A stretch of DNA of 64,000 nucleotides from contig CAWKIN010000006.1 in the NCBI GenBank assembly GCA_963849875.1, positions 57,003 to 121,002 on the forward strand, written 5' to 3'. Below the pieces are notes generated by a model. It searched no databases, had not been told where the DNA came from, and saw only the letters and a list, made by a program, of their open reading frames with translations. This document shows positions 1 to 8,448 of the stretch, in pieces. The stretch's first letter is position 1, and the number at the start of each line of letters is the position of its first letter. This stretch comes from an uncultured beta proteobacterium. Lineage in GTDB: Bacteria; Pseudomonadota; Gammaproteobacteria; Burkholderiales; Gallionellaceae. The position numbers and the translations under genes were made by a program.

Positions 1-1
1 G

Positions 2-292
2 ACCTCCCTGACCGAATTATCGACCAAGGAACTCACCGACAGCCTGATCGAATATCCCTGCGACTTCCCGATCAAGGTGTTCGGCCAGCAGAACGCCGGC
101 TTCGCCAAGGCCGTGATGGAAGTCGTCAGCAAACACGACGTCAACTTCAACGCCGCCAGCATGGAGATGCGCGCCAGCAAGACCGCCCGCTACATCAGCC
201 TGACCTGCACCGTGCGCGCCCACTCACGCCAACAACTGGACGCCATCTACCAGGACCTGTGCGACCATCCTATGGTGGTGATGGTGTTGTGA
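2..292 (+). CDS. ybeD: YbeD/DUF493 family protein (5' end at or just outside the window edge)
   Basis: Frame open from nt 2: ...DSLIEYPCDFPIKVFG...YISLTCTVRAHSRQQLDAIYQDLCDHPMVVMVL; canonical position upstream of lipB. Confidence 0.9.
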   Translation, partial: TSLTELSTKELTDSLIEYPCDFPIKVFGQQNAGFAKAVMEVVSKHDVNFNAASMEMRASKTARYISLTCTVRAHSRQQLDAIYQDLCDHPMVVMVL

Positions 293-1014
293 TGCACGAC
301 GCGTCCAGTGCCAGTGCTATTCACGGCGACAATCACGTCGCCACGCCCGTCCTCCACAGCCTCGGCCTAGTCGACTACCAAAGCACTTGGGACGCGATGA
401 AGCAGTTCACCATCGAGCGGACTGCCGAAACTCGCGACGAGATCTGGTTGCTGCAACATCCGCCCACCTATACCCAAGGCTTGGCGGGCTTGCCCGAGCA
501 TCTGCTCAACCCCACCAATATCCCAGTCGTAAAAATAGATAGAGGTGGACAAATCACCTATCACGGCCCCGGCCAAATCGTCGCCTACCTGCTGCTCGAC
601 ATGCGCCGCTGGAAGATAGGCGTGCGCGAGTTGGTCAACGTGATGGAGGATGCCGTGATCGATCTGCTCGCCGAATACGGCGTACATGCCGCGAATCGCC
701 TAGACGCGCCCGGCGTGTATGTGAACGATGCCAAGATCGCAGCGCTAGGGCTAAAGATCAAACACGGCTGCTGCTATCACGGCTTGTCCTTCAATGTAGA
801 CATGGACCTCACACCATTCAACAACATCAACCCCTGCGGCTATCAAGGCCTGAAAGTCACCCAAGCCTGCCAACTCGGCATCACCGTGGGCATCAACGAA
901 CTACAAGCGCAACTGGCACAGAATCTGGTGCATGGCTTGCAGCGACATCTGCACGAAAAGAATGAGGTTGTCATTGATGGAGCTACTAGCCATTCGACTA
1001 AGCCAACAAGTTAG
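292..1014 (+). CDS. lipB: Lipoyl(octanoyl) transferase
   Basis: QHPPTYTQG, DRGGQITYHGPGQ, KIAALGL, HGLSFN and INPCG motifs; TGATG overlap with ybeD. Confidence 0.95.
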   Translation: MHDASSASAIHGDNHVATPVLHSLGLVDYQSTWDAMKQFTIERTAETRDEIWLLQHPPTYTQGLAGLPEHLLNPTNIPVVKIDRGGQITYHGPGQIVAYLLLDMRRWKIGVRELVNVMEDAVIDLLAEYGVHAANRLDAPGVYVNDAKIAALGLKIKHGCCYHGLSFNVDMDLTPFNNINPCGYQGLKVTQACQLGITVGINELQAQLAQNLVHGLQRHLHEKNEVVIDGATSHSTKPTS

Positions 1015-1050
1015 CAAGTCGCTGGTTATCCCGCGCAGGCGGGAATCCAG
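985..1050. repeat. Composite palindromic element: ~45-nt hairpin plus TCCCGC-GCAG-GCGGGAATCCAG (dRS3/REP-like)
   Basis: TAGCCA..CGACT..AGTCG..TGGTTA stem followed by a TCCCGC/GCGGGA stem; overlaps the lipB stop codon. Confidence 0.6.
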
Positions 1051-2671
1051 CGAGAATAAACGCTCCACGTAGCGGACTAAATTTTAAGACGGAGCTAAGC
1101 CATGCCATTAAGCTGGAACGAGATACGCAACCGCGCGCACGAATTCTCCAAACGCTGGGAACACGAGACCTCGGAAGAAGCCGAAGCTAAATCGTTCTGG
1201 TCGGAATTTTTCGGCGTGTTCGGTATAGACCGCAAGCGCGTCGCCAGCTTCGAAGAACCGGTCAAAAAACTAGGTGAAAAACAGGGCTACATCGACCTGT
1301 TCTGGAAAGGCATGTTGCTGGTCGAGCACAAATCGCGCGGCAAAGATTTGGACAAGGCCTACACCCAAGCACTCGATTATTTCCCCGGCATCAAAGAGCG
1401 CGACCTGCCGCGCTATGTCTTGGTATCCGACTTCGCGCGCTTCCGTCTTTATGATTTGGAAGAAGGCTCGCAATACGAATTCAAGCTCGCCGACTTGCAC
1501 AAGCACATCAAACATTTTGCCTTTATCGCTGGTTACCGCACCCAAACCATCGCGCCGCAGAACCCCGTCAACATCAAAGCCGCCGAGCGCATGGGCAAGC
1601 TGCATGACGCGCTCAAGTCAGCCGGTTACGAAGGCCATCCGCTGGAAGTATTGCTGGTACGTTTGTTGTTCTGCTTGTTCGCTGAAGACACCGGCATCTT
1701 CCAACCTGCCGGCGCTTTTCGCAGTTGGTTGGATGAGCGCACCGCCGCCGATGGCTCCGACCTCGGCCCGCAACTCGCCCGTTTATTCCAAACGCTCAAC
1801 ACGCCTGAAGACAAACGCAGCAAGATGTTGGACGAGCAGACCGCCGCCTTCCCTTACATCAACGGCAAGCTGTATGCCGAGATGCTGCCCATCGCCGACT
1901 TCGACCTTGCCATGCGCGAAGCACTGCTGGATTGCTGCGCGCTGGACTGGAGCTCCATCTCGCCCGCGATCTTTGGCGCGCTGTTCCAAAGCATCATGGA
2001 CGGCAAAGCCAGACGCAATCTGGGCGCGCACTACACCAGCGAGGAAAACATCCTCAAACTTATCCAGCCGCTGTTCCTCGACGCGCTATGGGAAGAGTTC
2101 AAGCGCATCAAGAACAACAAGAACAAATTATTCGAGTTCCACAAGAAGCTGCGCACCCTGACCTTCTTCGACCCCGCCTGCGGCTGCGGAAATTTTCTAG
2201 TCATCGCCTATCGCGAGTTGCGCAAACTAGAGTTGGACGTATTGCGCGCCGTACATGATGGCCCCGGCTCACGCTTTCTCGACATCCATCAACAGATCAG
2301 CGTGGACGTCGATCAATTCTTCGGCATCGAGATCGAAGAGTTTCCCGCGCAAATCGCCCAAGTCGCGCTATGGCTGATGGATCACCAAATGAACGCGCTG
2401 GTATCGGCGGAGTTCGGCATGTACTTCGCACGCATCCCGCTCAAGACCTCGCCACATATCGTGCACGGCAACGCCCTCACGACTGAATGGGACGACGTGT
2501 TGCCCGCCGAGCGATGCAGTTATGTGCTGGGCAATCCACCATTTGTGGGTGCAAAACTTATGGATGATGCACAGCAAGCTGACGTGAAAAGCGTATTCAC
2601 GGGTATCAAGAGTGGTGGTTTGTTGGACTTCGTCGCCGCTTGGTATATCAAAGCAGCGCGCTACATTCACA

Positions 2672-2774
2672 CTCCTTCCCCATTTAAGGGGGAAGGGCGG
2701 GATGGGGGTAAAGGCATGGCGGATGGCACAGTGACTACCCCCACCCTAACCCTCCCCCTAATAGGAGGAGGGAA
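2672..2774. repeat. ~100-bp palindromic MITE/REP (CCTTCCCC..AAGGGGGAAGG family) inserted in-frame in the R-M gene
   Basis: Two inverted GC-rich hairpin arms; close homolog at 28822-28920; encodes PSPFKGEGRDGG...TPTLTLPLIGGG. Confidence 0.8.
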
Positions 2775-2862
2775 TAAAATTCAAGCCGCTTTTGTCTCCA
2801 CCAACTCCATCACCCAAGGCGAGCAAGTCGGCATCCTGTGGGGCGAGCTACTCAATAAATAT

Positions 2863-4199
2863 GGCTCTTTTGAAAAACGAGTGGGTTAAGCGGCATGAGG
2901 GTTGATCCTATGGAAATCGAGCTTGCCAGCGATAAGGAAAATCACCGTGCGCATGGTGTGAATACTGGTGTAGCCCCGAGCTTTGCGTTTGGCGGCCTGG
3001 AACAAACCATTGAGTGCTTCGAGGAAGCCATTGGTTTGCCGAGTCTGCGCCCAAGCCACGATGCCGTCGAAGTGGTTGCGGATCATCTTGGCGACATCCT
3101 TCATCGGCTCGACTTTGGAGCGCATGACATTGGTACACCACTGCGCCAACAAGCTCGACACGACATTGATTTGTTTGCGATCAAGAATTTCGCGCAGTTG
3201 CTCACGGTACAGCCAGGCACGGGCGGTACGCTTGGTGGTGATGTGGGCGATCAAGCCATCCAAGTCGGCACACTGACTGGCATTCAAGCTACTCCTGTCC
3301 TTGAGCAACGACCAACGCAATCCTTTCAGGGCCGGATCAGTCTTCTGCTCGACACGGCGCATCTTGTCCACGGCAGTCGAGGCATGGGCGATGACGTGGA
3401 ACTTGTCGAACGTGATGCGTGCATTGGGCAGATGATCGGTGACACCTTTGATGAAGGCGGGCGACATATCGATACTGGCGGAGGTGATTTGGCTGGCATC
3501 GCCACCCTGGGTAGAAAGATGCTCGACAAAGGCTTTGACGGTATTGGCATCCTTGCCCTCGGTGACGAAGATGACCTTGCGTTGTTGGGCATCGGCAACC
3601 AAGGTCAGATAGTCATGCCCGCGCTGACAGGAGGTTTCGTCAATAGCGACGGTGCGCACCTCGGACAAGTCCGCCGCCGCCACGGCCAGTTCGACATACT
3701 GGGCGCAAATGGCATACACGCGATGCCAGGATTCGCCCACGATCCGAGCGACAGCGGCAAACGGCATCTGTCTAGCCAACATCAGCACCAGTGCCTCGAA
3801 CAACAGCGTGAAGCCGTTCAATTTGCCGGCCCAGTCCGGTTCGATCAAAGCGACCTTGCCGTCAGGCAACTTGACGCGCGGCACACGAACCTCGAGATGG
3901 CATTCGTGCTGGAAGAAGTTCAGATGCCGGTAGCGTTTGATCTGCGTATCGTGGACAGGATGCGCGCCTTCGATACCGGGATAGGCGAAGCGGCTACCCG
4001 CAACGAAATCGATGTGGATGGACAGATGCTTGTGCTCGACATCGAAATCGACCCCCTTGATGTACCAAGGATTGGTAATGCCCAGCGCGGCTTCAAAGAT
4101 TTGGTTCTGCATGGAACTGCTCACTAAACGATAAAGGTGAAATCATGTCGCATAGGCTGCTTGGCATAAAGCATTACCCACTCGAAATTTAAAAGAGGC
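2863..4199 (-). mobile_element. ISL3-family insertion sequence (1337 bp)
   Basis: 24-bp imperfect TIRs GGCTCTTTTGAAAAACGAGTGGGT / GCCTCTTTTAAATTTCGAGTGGGT; 8-bp TSD ATAAATAT at 2855-2862 and 4200-4207. Confidence 0.95.
2886..4124 (-). CDS. ISL3-family DDE transposase
   Basis: RHLNFFQHECHL, AIDET, SIDMSPAF, FDKFHV and TNGFLEALNGLFQAAKRKARGY motifs. Confidence 0.95.
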   Translation of the reverse strand: MSSSMQNQIFEAALGITNPWYIKGVDFDVEHKHLSIHIDFVAGSRFAYPGIEGAHPVHDTQIKRYRHLNFFQHECHLEVRVPRVKLPDGKVALIEPDWAGKLNGFTLLFEALVLMLARQMPFAAVARIVGESWHRVYAICAQYVELAVAAADLSEVRTVAIDETSCQRGHDYLTLVADAQQRKVIFVTEGKDANTVKAFVEHLSTQGGDASQITSASIDMSPAFIKGVTDHLPNARITFDKFHVIAHASTAVDKMRRVEQKTDPALKGLRWSLLKDRSSLNASQCADLDGLIAHITTKRTARAWLYREQLREILDRKQINVVSSLLAQWCTNVMRSKVEPMKDVAKMIRNHFDGIVAWAQTRQTNGFLEALNGLFQAAKRKARGYTSIHTMRTVIFLIAGKLDFHRINPHAA

Positions 4200-5309
4200 A
4201 TAAATATCATCTGCATATCCATTTCGCACATCGCACTTTTTCATGGAGCAATGAAGCTAGAGGTGTAGCGGCAGTGCATTGCGTCATTATCGGTTTCGGC
4301 GCATTCGAGGCGGACAAAAAGACCCTCTACGAATACGACGACATACGCGGCGAAGCGCATGCCGTTGCCGTTAACAACATCAATCCTTATCTAGTGGATG
4401 CACCCGATGTCGTACTAATCAACCGCAGCAATCCAATTTGCGTGGTGCCGGAAATTGGCATTGGCAACAAGCCGATTGATGGTGGAAATTATTTATTTAC
4501 GCCAGAAGAGAAGACTGAATTTATCAAGCTTGAACCACGCGCTGAAAAATGGATGCGCCGCTGGATAGGTGCAGAAGAATTCATCAATGGTTTAGAGCGT
4601 TGGTGTTTGTGGCTGGGCGATTGCCCACCTGACGAATTGCGTAAAATGCCTGAAGCGATGAAGCGCGTCGAAGCAGTGCGCGCAACACGCCTAGCCAGCA
4701 AGAGTCCGCCTACGCAAAAGCTCGCCGCAACACCGACACGCTTTCATGTTGAAAACATTCCCGATGCGCCGTATTTAGTTATCCCCGAAGTTTCATCGGA
4801 GCGGCGTATCTTCATTCCTATTGGTTTCATGCAACCGGATACGTTGAGCAGTAATTTGGTAAAAATTCTGCCCAACGCCACGCTCTATCACTTCGGCATC
4901 CTGACCTCAACCATGCATATGGCATGGGTACGCGCCACCTGTGGACGTTTGGAAAGTCGCTACCGTTATTCAGCAGGCATCGTCTATAACAACTACCCGT
5001 GGCCCGATGAACCGTCGGACAAACAGCGCGCCACCATAGCAGCCGCCGCGCAAGCTGTGCTAAATGCCCGCGCGCAGTACCCGCAAAGCTCGCTGGCCGA
5101 CCTCTACGACCCGCTCACCATGCCGCCCGCTTTGGTCAAAGCCCATCAACAACTCGACCGCGCCGTGGATGCCAGCTACCGCAAAGCCACTTTCAGCAGC
5201 GACGCCCAACGCGTCGCCTTCCTGTTCGAGCGTTACCAACAACTCACTAGCTTGTTGCCCGTGGAAAAGAAAACGGTAAAACGGAAGTCAAAATTATGAA
5301 GGTAATAAG

Positions 5310-5933
5310 ATGACAAAGTCAGCCGAGCTTAAAAAGCACAAGGAGTCACAAGCAGCTCAAAAAGAAATTGAGTTCTACGCGGCTGGTGTAGCGGCTTGGT
5401 ACAACACCATGCTGGAGCACGACAAAAGTTTGCTGGCTTTATCGGTTGCTGGTGTTGGGTTGTTAATAACACCGCTTACCATGGAAGGGATAGATTCCAT
5501 CTGGCGACTTGTGCTGCATCTATTGGCAATACTCTCGTTTATGACCTGCCTCAGTGCGATTCTATGGATTTTTAAGAAAAATAGCGGACGTATCGAAGCG
5601 ATACTAAATACAGATGCACAGTCACCAGATCCTCTGTTAACAAAGCTAGATAAAATTGCCATCTATGCCTTTGCCGCAGGAATTATTTTTTCAGCGACAA
5701 TAGGCGTTCTAACGACATTTCACACCTACTCAATAAACAAGGAGAAAATAATGGCAAACGAAAATAAACAAAAAACAAGCGGGACTATTGCCCAAGATAG
5801 CTTTAACAACGTTAATCAATTAAATAAAAGCTTTAATCAGGCGAATACCCTCAAACCTACCAGCCCTCAAAGCTCACCAACTTCTGGCACAACCCAACCA
5901 GTCACACCAGCACCAACCGTCAATAAAAAATAG
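5310..5933 (+). CDS. Hypothetical membrane protein (~3 TM segments) with a low-complexity C-terminal tail
   Basis: AT-rich ORF directly after the R-M gene; hydrophobic segments; internal AAGGAG-N6-ATG at 5739-5753. Confidence 0.7.
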   Translation: MTKSAELKKHKESQAAQKEIEFYAAGVAAWYNTMLEHDKSLLALSVAGVGLLITPLTMEGIDSIWRLVLHLLAILSFMTCLSAILWIFKKNSGRIEAILNTDAQSPDPLLTKLDKIAIYAFAAGIIFSATIGVLTTFHTYSINKEKIMANENKQKTSGTIAQDSFNNVNQLNKSFNQANTLKPTSPQSSPTSGTTQPVTPAPTVNKK

Positions 5934-5963
5934 TCAAATGTGCAGGGCTATTGCCATTCGCGC

Positions 5964-6428
5964 CTACTTTTTTACCCAGTGAGCTTCGGTTAATAGTTTC
6001 AACCAATCATCAGGCGGCTTGCCACTCTTCAACATGCGCTGAAACACCCGATAGGCATCGACATCGCTGCCGTAGGCGCGCTTGGTATGTTCGTCATTCA
6101 CCCAAGCATAGACGATGATCTTGCTGGCTTGGTGGTAGCGAAAGAACAAACGGTATTGCTGGAAAAATTTGGCGCGGAACCAGTGTTTGTGTTGCTCGCC
6201 CAGTGTCGTGCCTTGTCGGTATTCGGCGCGGGTTGGGTCTTGTGGAATAACCTCAAAAGCCAGCTTATTGATCGCCGCGAGGCGTTTTGTTGCGTTCTTG
6301 TTGACGTAACCCTTGGGGTCTTTTGCTTGCAAGGCTTCGACTTGCGCGGTGAGCGTGGCTATCGTGTCGAGAAAGATGGGATGCGCAAAAATCGTCCAGC
6401 CGTTGACGACCAAGGGTTTCATCGTCAT
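5964..6428 (-). CDS. yhaV: YhaV-family toxin (RelE-like RNase)
   Basis: VVNGWTIFAHP, YRQGTTLG, WFRAKFFQQYRLFFRY, YAWVNDEHTKRAYGS. Confidence 0.92.
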   Translation of the reverse strand: MTMKPLVVNGWTIFAHPIFLDTIATLTAQVEALQAKDPKGYVNKNATKRLAAINKLAFEVIPQDPTRAEYRQGTTLGEQHKHWFRAKFFQQYRLFFRYHQASKIIVYAWVNDEHTKRAYGSDVDAYRVFQRMLKSGKPPDDWLKLLTEAHWVKK

Positions 6429-6754
6429 TCGTCTTCAGCGGACAGCGGTGCGTCCAGATCGACAGCGACCTTTTTGACCAAGGACTTGATGCGCTTCTGC
6501 AATCCAGCGTCGATGCTATGCAGATGCTCGGGATGACTGGCAATGTCGTGCGCCAGAAAATCTAGGAAGTGCCCCAGCACGGGATCGACCTTATCCTCGC
6601 TGCCCGCACGCTTGAGCAATACGCCACCATCCGGCTGGATGAGGTAGCTGATCTTGTCACGCTTACCCAATTTGAGCGCGTGACGCACAGCATTGGGCAC
6701 GGTGGTTTGATAGCGATCGGTCAGAGTGGATTCGAGTTTATGTGGGTGTGGCAT
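6425..6754 (-). CDS. prlF: PrlF/SohA-family antitoxin
   Basis: ESTLTDRYQTTVP..VR.AL.L.K.DKI.Y and VDLDAPLS; AGGAG RBS; overlaps the yhaV start. Confidence 0.92.
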   Translation of the reverse strand: MPHPHKLESTLTDRYQTTVPNAVRHALKLGKRDKISYLIQPDGGVLLKRAGSEDKVDPVLGHFLDFLAHDIASHPEHLHSIDAGLQKRIKSLVKKVAVDLDAPLSAEDE

Positions 6755-6787
6755 GGCATTACTCCTAAAGCTGCAATTCGCAGCATG

Positions 6788-6805
6788 GTAATGCGTATGC
6801 ATTAC
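6788..6805. promoter_or_regulatory. Probable PrlF-YhaV autoregulatory operator
   Basis: Palindrome GTAATGC-GTAT-GCATTAC ~35-50 bp upstream of prlF. Confidence 0.5.
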
Positions 6806-6922
6806 TGCGTCAATCTAGCACCTAGTCTGCTGGCCCAACTATAGAGGCTGGTCACGATAAGCGAATCGGCTGCGCATAAACCTGTAAAATCCGCCCCCTG
6901 AATGAATATGCAAGAGACACCT

Positions 6923-7862
6923 ATGAGCGACTCCCCTATCAAACAAACCGGCGCAGCCAAGACGGCGCGCAATCCGATCAAGATCGTGCCGCTACAAGAG
7001 CGCTTGCGCAAACCGGATTGGATACGCGTCAAGTCGGGCAGCGGGACTGGCTATAACGAAGTGAAGAAGTTGTTGCGCGAGCACAGCTTGGTCACGGTGT
7101 GCGAGGAAGCGTCTTGTCCCGAATATCGGCGAGTGTTTCAGCAAGGGCACGGCCACTTTCATGATCTTGGGCGATGTGTGCACACGCCGTTGTCCGTTCT
7201 GCGACGTGGCGCACGGTAAGCCGCTGCCACCGGATGTGAACGAACCGGCTAATCTGGCGCGCTCCATCGGCATACTCAAATTGAAATACGTGGTCATCAC
7301 CAGCGTGGACCGCGACGATCTACGCGACGGCGGCGCACAGCATTTCACCGATTGCTTGAACGCGATCCGCGCCAGCTCACCCAACACGCAACTGGAGATT
7401 TTGGTGCCCGATTTCCGTGGACGTCTAGACGAAGCCTTGGACGCGCTGGCGGGCAATCTGCCCGATGTGTTGAATCACAATCTGGAGACTGTGCCGCGCT
7501 TGTACAAGCTGGCGCGCCCCGGTGCGGACTACGCGCATTCGCTCAAGTTGCTCAAAGATTTTAAGGCGCGCTTCCCGCATGTGCCGACCAAATCCGGCGT
7601 GATGCTGGGCTTGGGCGAGACCGACGACGAAGTGCTGCAAGTGATGCGCGACCTTCGCGACCACGATGTGAACATGCTCACCATAGGCCAGTATCTGCAA
7701 CCTTCGGAAGGCCATTTGCCGGTGTTGCGTTATGTGCCGCTGGAGACTTTCACGATGTTCGAGCAAGCCGCCAAGGAGATGGGTTTTAGCCACGCCGCTT
7801 GCGGCCCTATGGTGCGTTCCAGCTATTACGCGGACGAACAGGCGCATCGGGCTGGTGTGTAG
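6923..7862 (+). CDS. lipA: Lipoyl synthase (apparent +1 frameshift near 7118-7121)
   Basis: RKPDWIRVK and TVCEEASCP in one frame, then [26 protein letters not shown] and VRSSY in the next; total length is 3n+1. Confidence 0.9.
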
Positions 7863-7943
7863 CGATTACGTCGTCGGAACATATACAATGAACTCTAGCC
7901 CAGATGCGAGGTCTAGAACGCTGACAAGTAGAATCTGTGCTAT

Positions 7944-7957
7944 TTGATTTATGTCAA
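7944..7957. promoter_or_regulatory. FNR/Anr-like box
   Basis: TTGAT-TTAT-GTCAA (1 mismatch to TTGAT-N4-ATCAA), centred ~30 bp upstream of a -10-like TAGATT (7979-7984) ahead of the cytochrome c gene. Confidence 0.6.
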
Positions 7958-8015
7958 TTCGGCATAACCGTTACAGAGTAGATTGTCGTCAGGTTTTTTA
8001 CATAGGAGATACACC

Positions 8016-8333
8016 ATGAAAGCTCGTTATATCGTTGCAATGACTTTAGGTCTGGCAGTTTCCACCAGTGCATTGGCTAATGAAGGTGAAGCGCTGTTCA
8101 AGAAGAGTGGCTGTAATGTCTGCCACGCTTTGAACAAGAAGATGGTCGGCCCTGCATTCAAAGATGTCGCAGCCAAGTATGCCGGTGACGCGGGCGCACA
8201 AGCCAAGCTGGAAGCAAAAGTTCGCAGCGGCGGTTCCGGTTCGTTCGGCAACATGCCTATGCCGCCAACTACCAGCCGCGTGAGTGATGCGGACATCAAG
8301 GCACTGGTCACATTCGCCTTGTCGGTCAAGTAA
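8016..8333 (+). CDS. Monoheme cytochrome c551/c552 (c8 class)
   Basis: Signal peptide, CNVCH heme motif, VGPAFKDVAAKY, distal Met in MPMPP; AGGAG RBS. Confidence 0.93.
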   Translation: MKARYIVAMTLGLAVSTSALANEGEALFKKSGCNVCHALNKKMVGPAFKDVAAKYAGDAGAQAKLEAKVRSGGSGSFGNMPMPPTTSRVSDADIKALVTFALSVK

Positions 8334-8353
8334 GCGCAAGCCAGACTCAAAAC

Positions 8354-8377
8354 AAGCCGACGCAAGTCGGCTTTTTT
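8354..8377 (+). terminator. Rho-independent terminator
   Basis: AAGCCGAC-GCAA-GTCGGCTT followed by a T run. Confidence 0.85.
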
Positions 8378-8448
8378 GTTGCCCGCCCCAAGGCCCCGTT
8401 TGGAGCTGAACTGCTATAATCCGCCGCTAATTTTTCCGCCGCACCCTA

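Larger units (their letters stand above)
1102..5299 (+). pseudogene. MmeI-like (type IIL) fused restriction endonuclease/N6-adenine methyltransferase, interrupted by ISL3
   Basis: YIDLFWKG..LVEHKS (PD-ExK), GAHYTS, FFDPACGCGNFL, GNPPF and FVSTNSITQGEQV motifs. Joining 1102-2862 to 4208-5299 restores ...LNKYHLHIHFAHRTFSWSNEARGVAAVHC..., a 950-aa ORF ending in the LADLYDPLTMP motif. Confidence 0.9.

Noticed and set aside
2895-4127. 410-aa plus-strand ORF, and similar long ORFs at 8596-10263, 11418-12623, 27279-28757 and 36098-37354
   Set aside because: Antisense shadows of real genes in GC-rich DNA, with no recognisable motifs
7110-7130. Programmed frameshifting in lipA or tex
   Set aside because: No slippery heptamer or stimulatory structure seen; sequencing error is simpler
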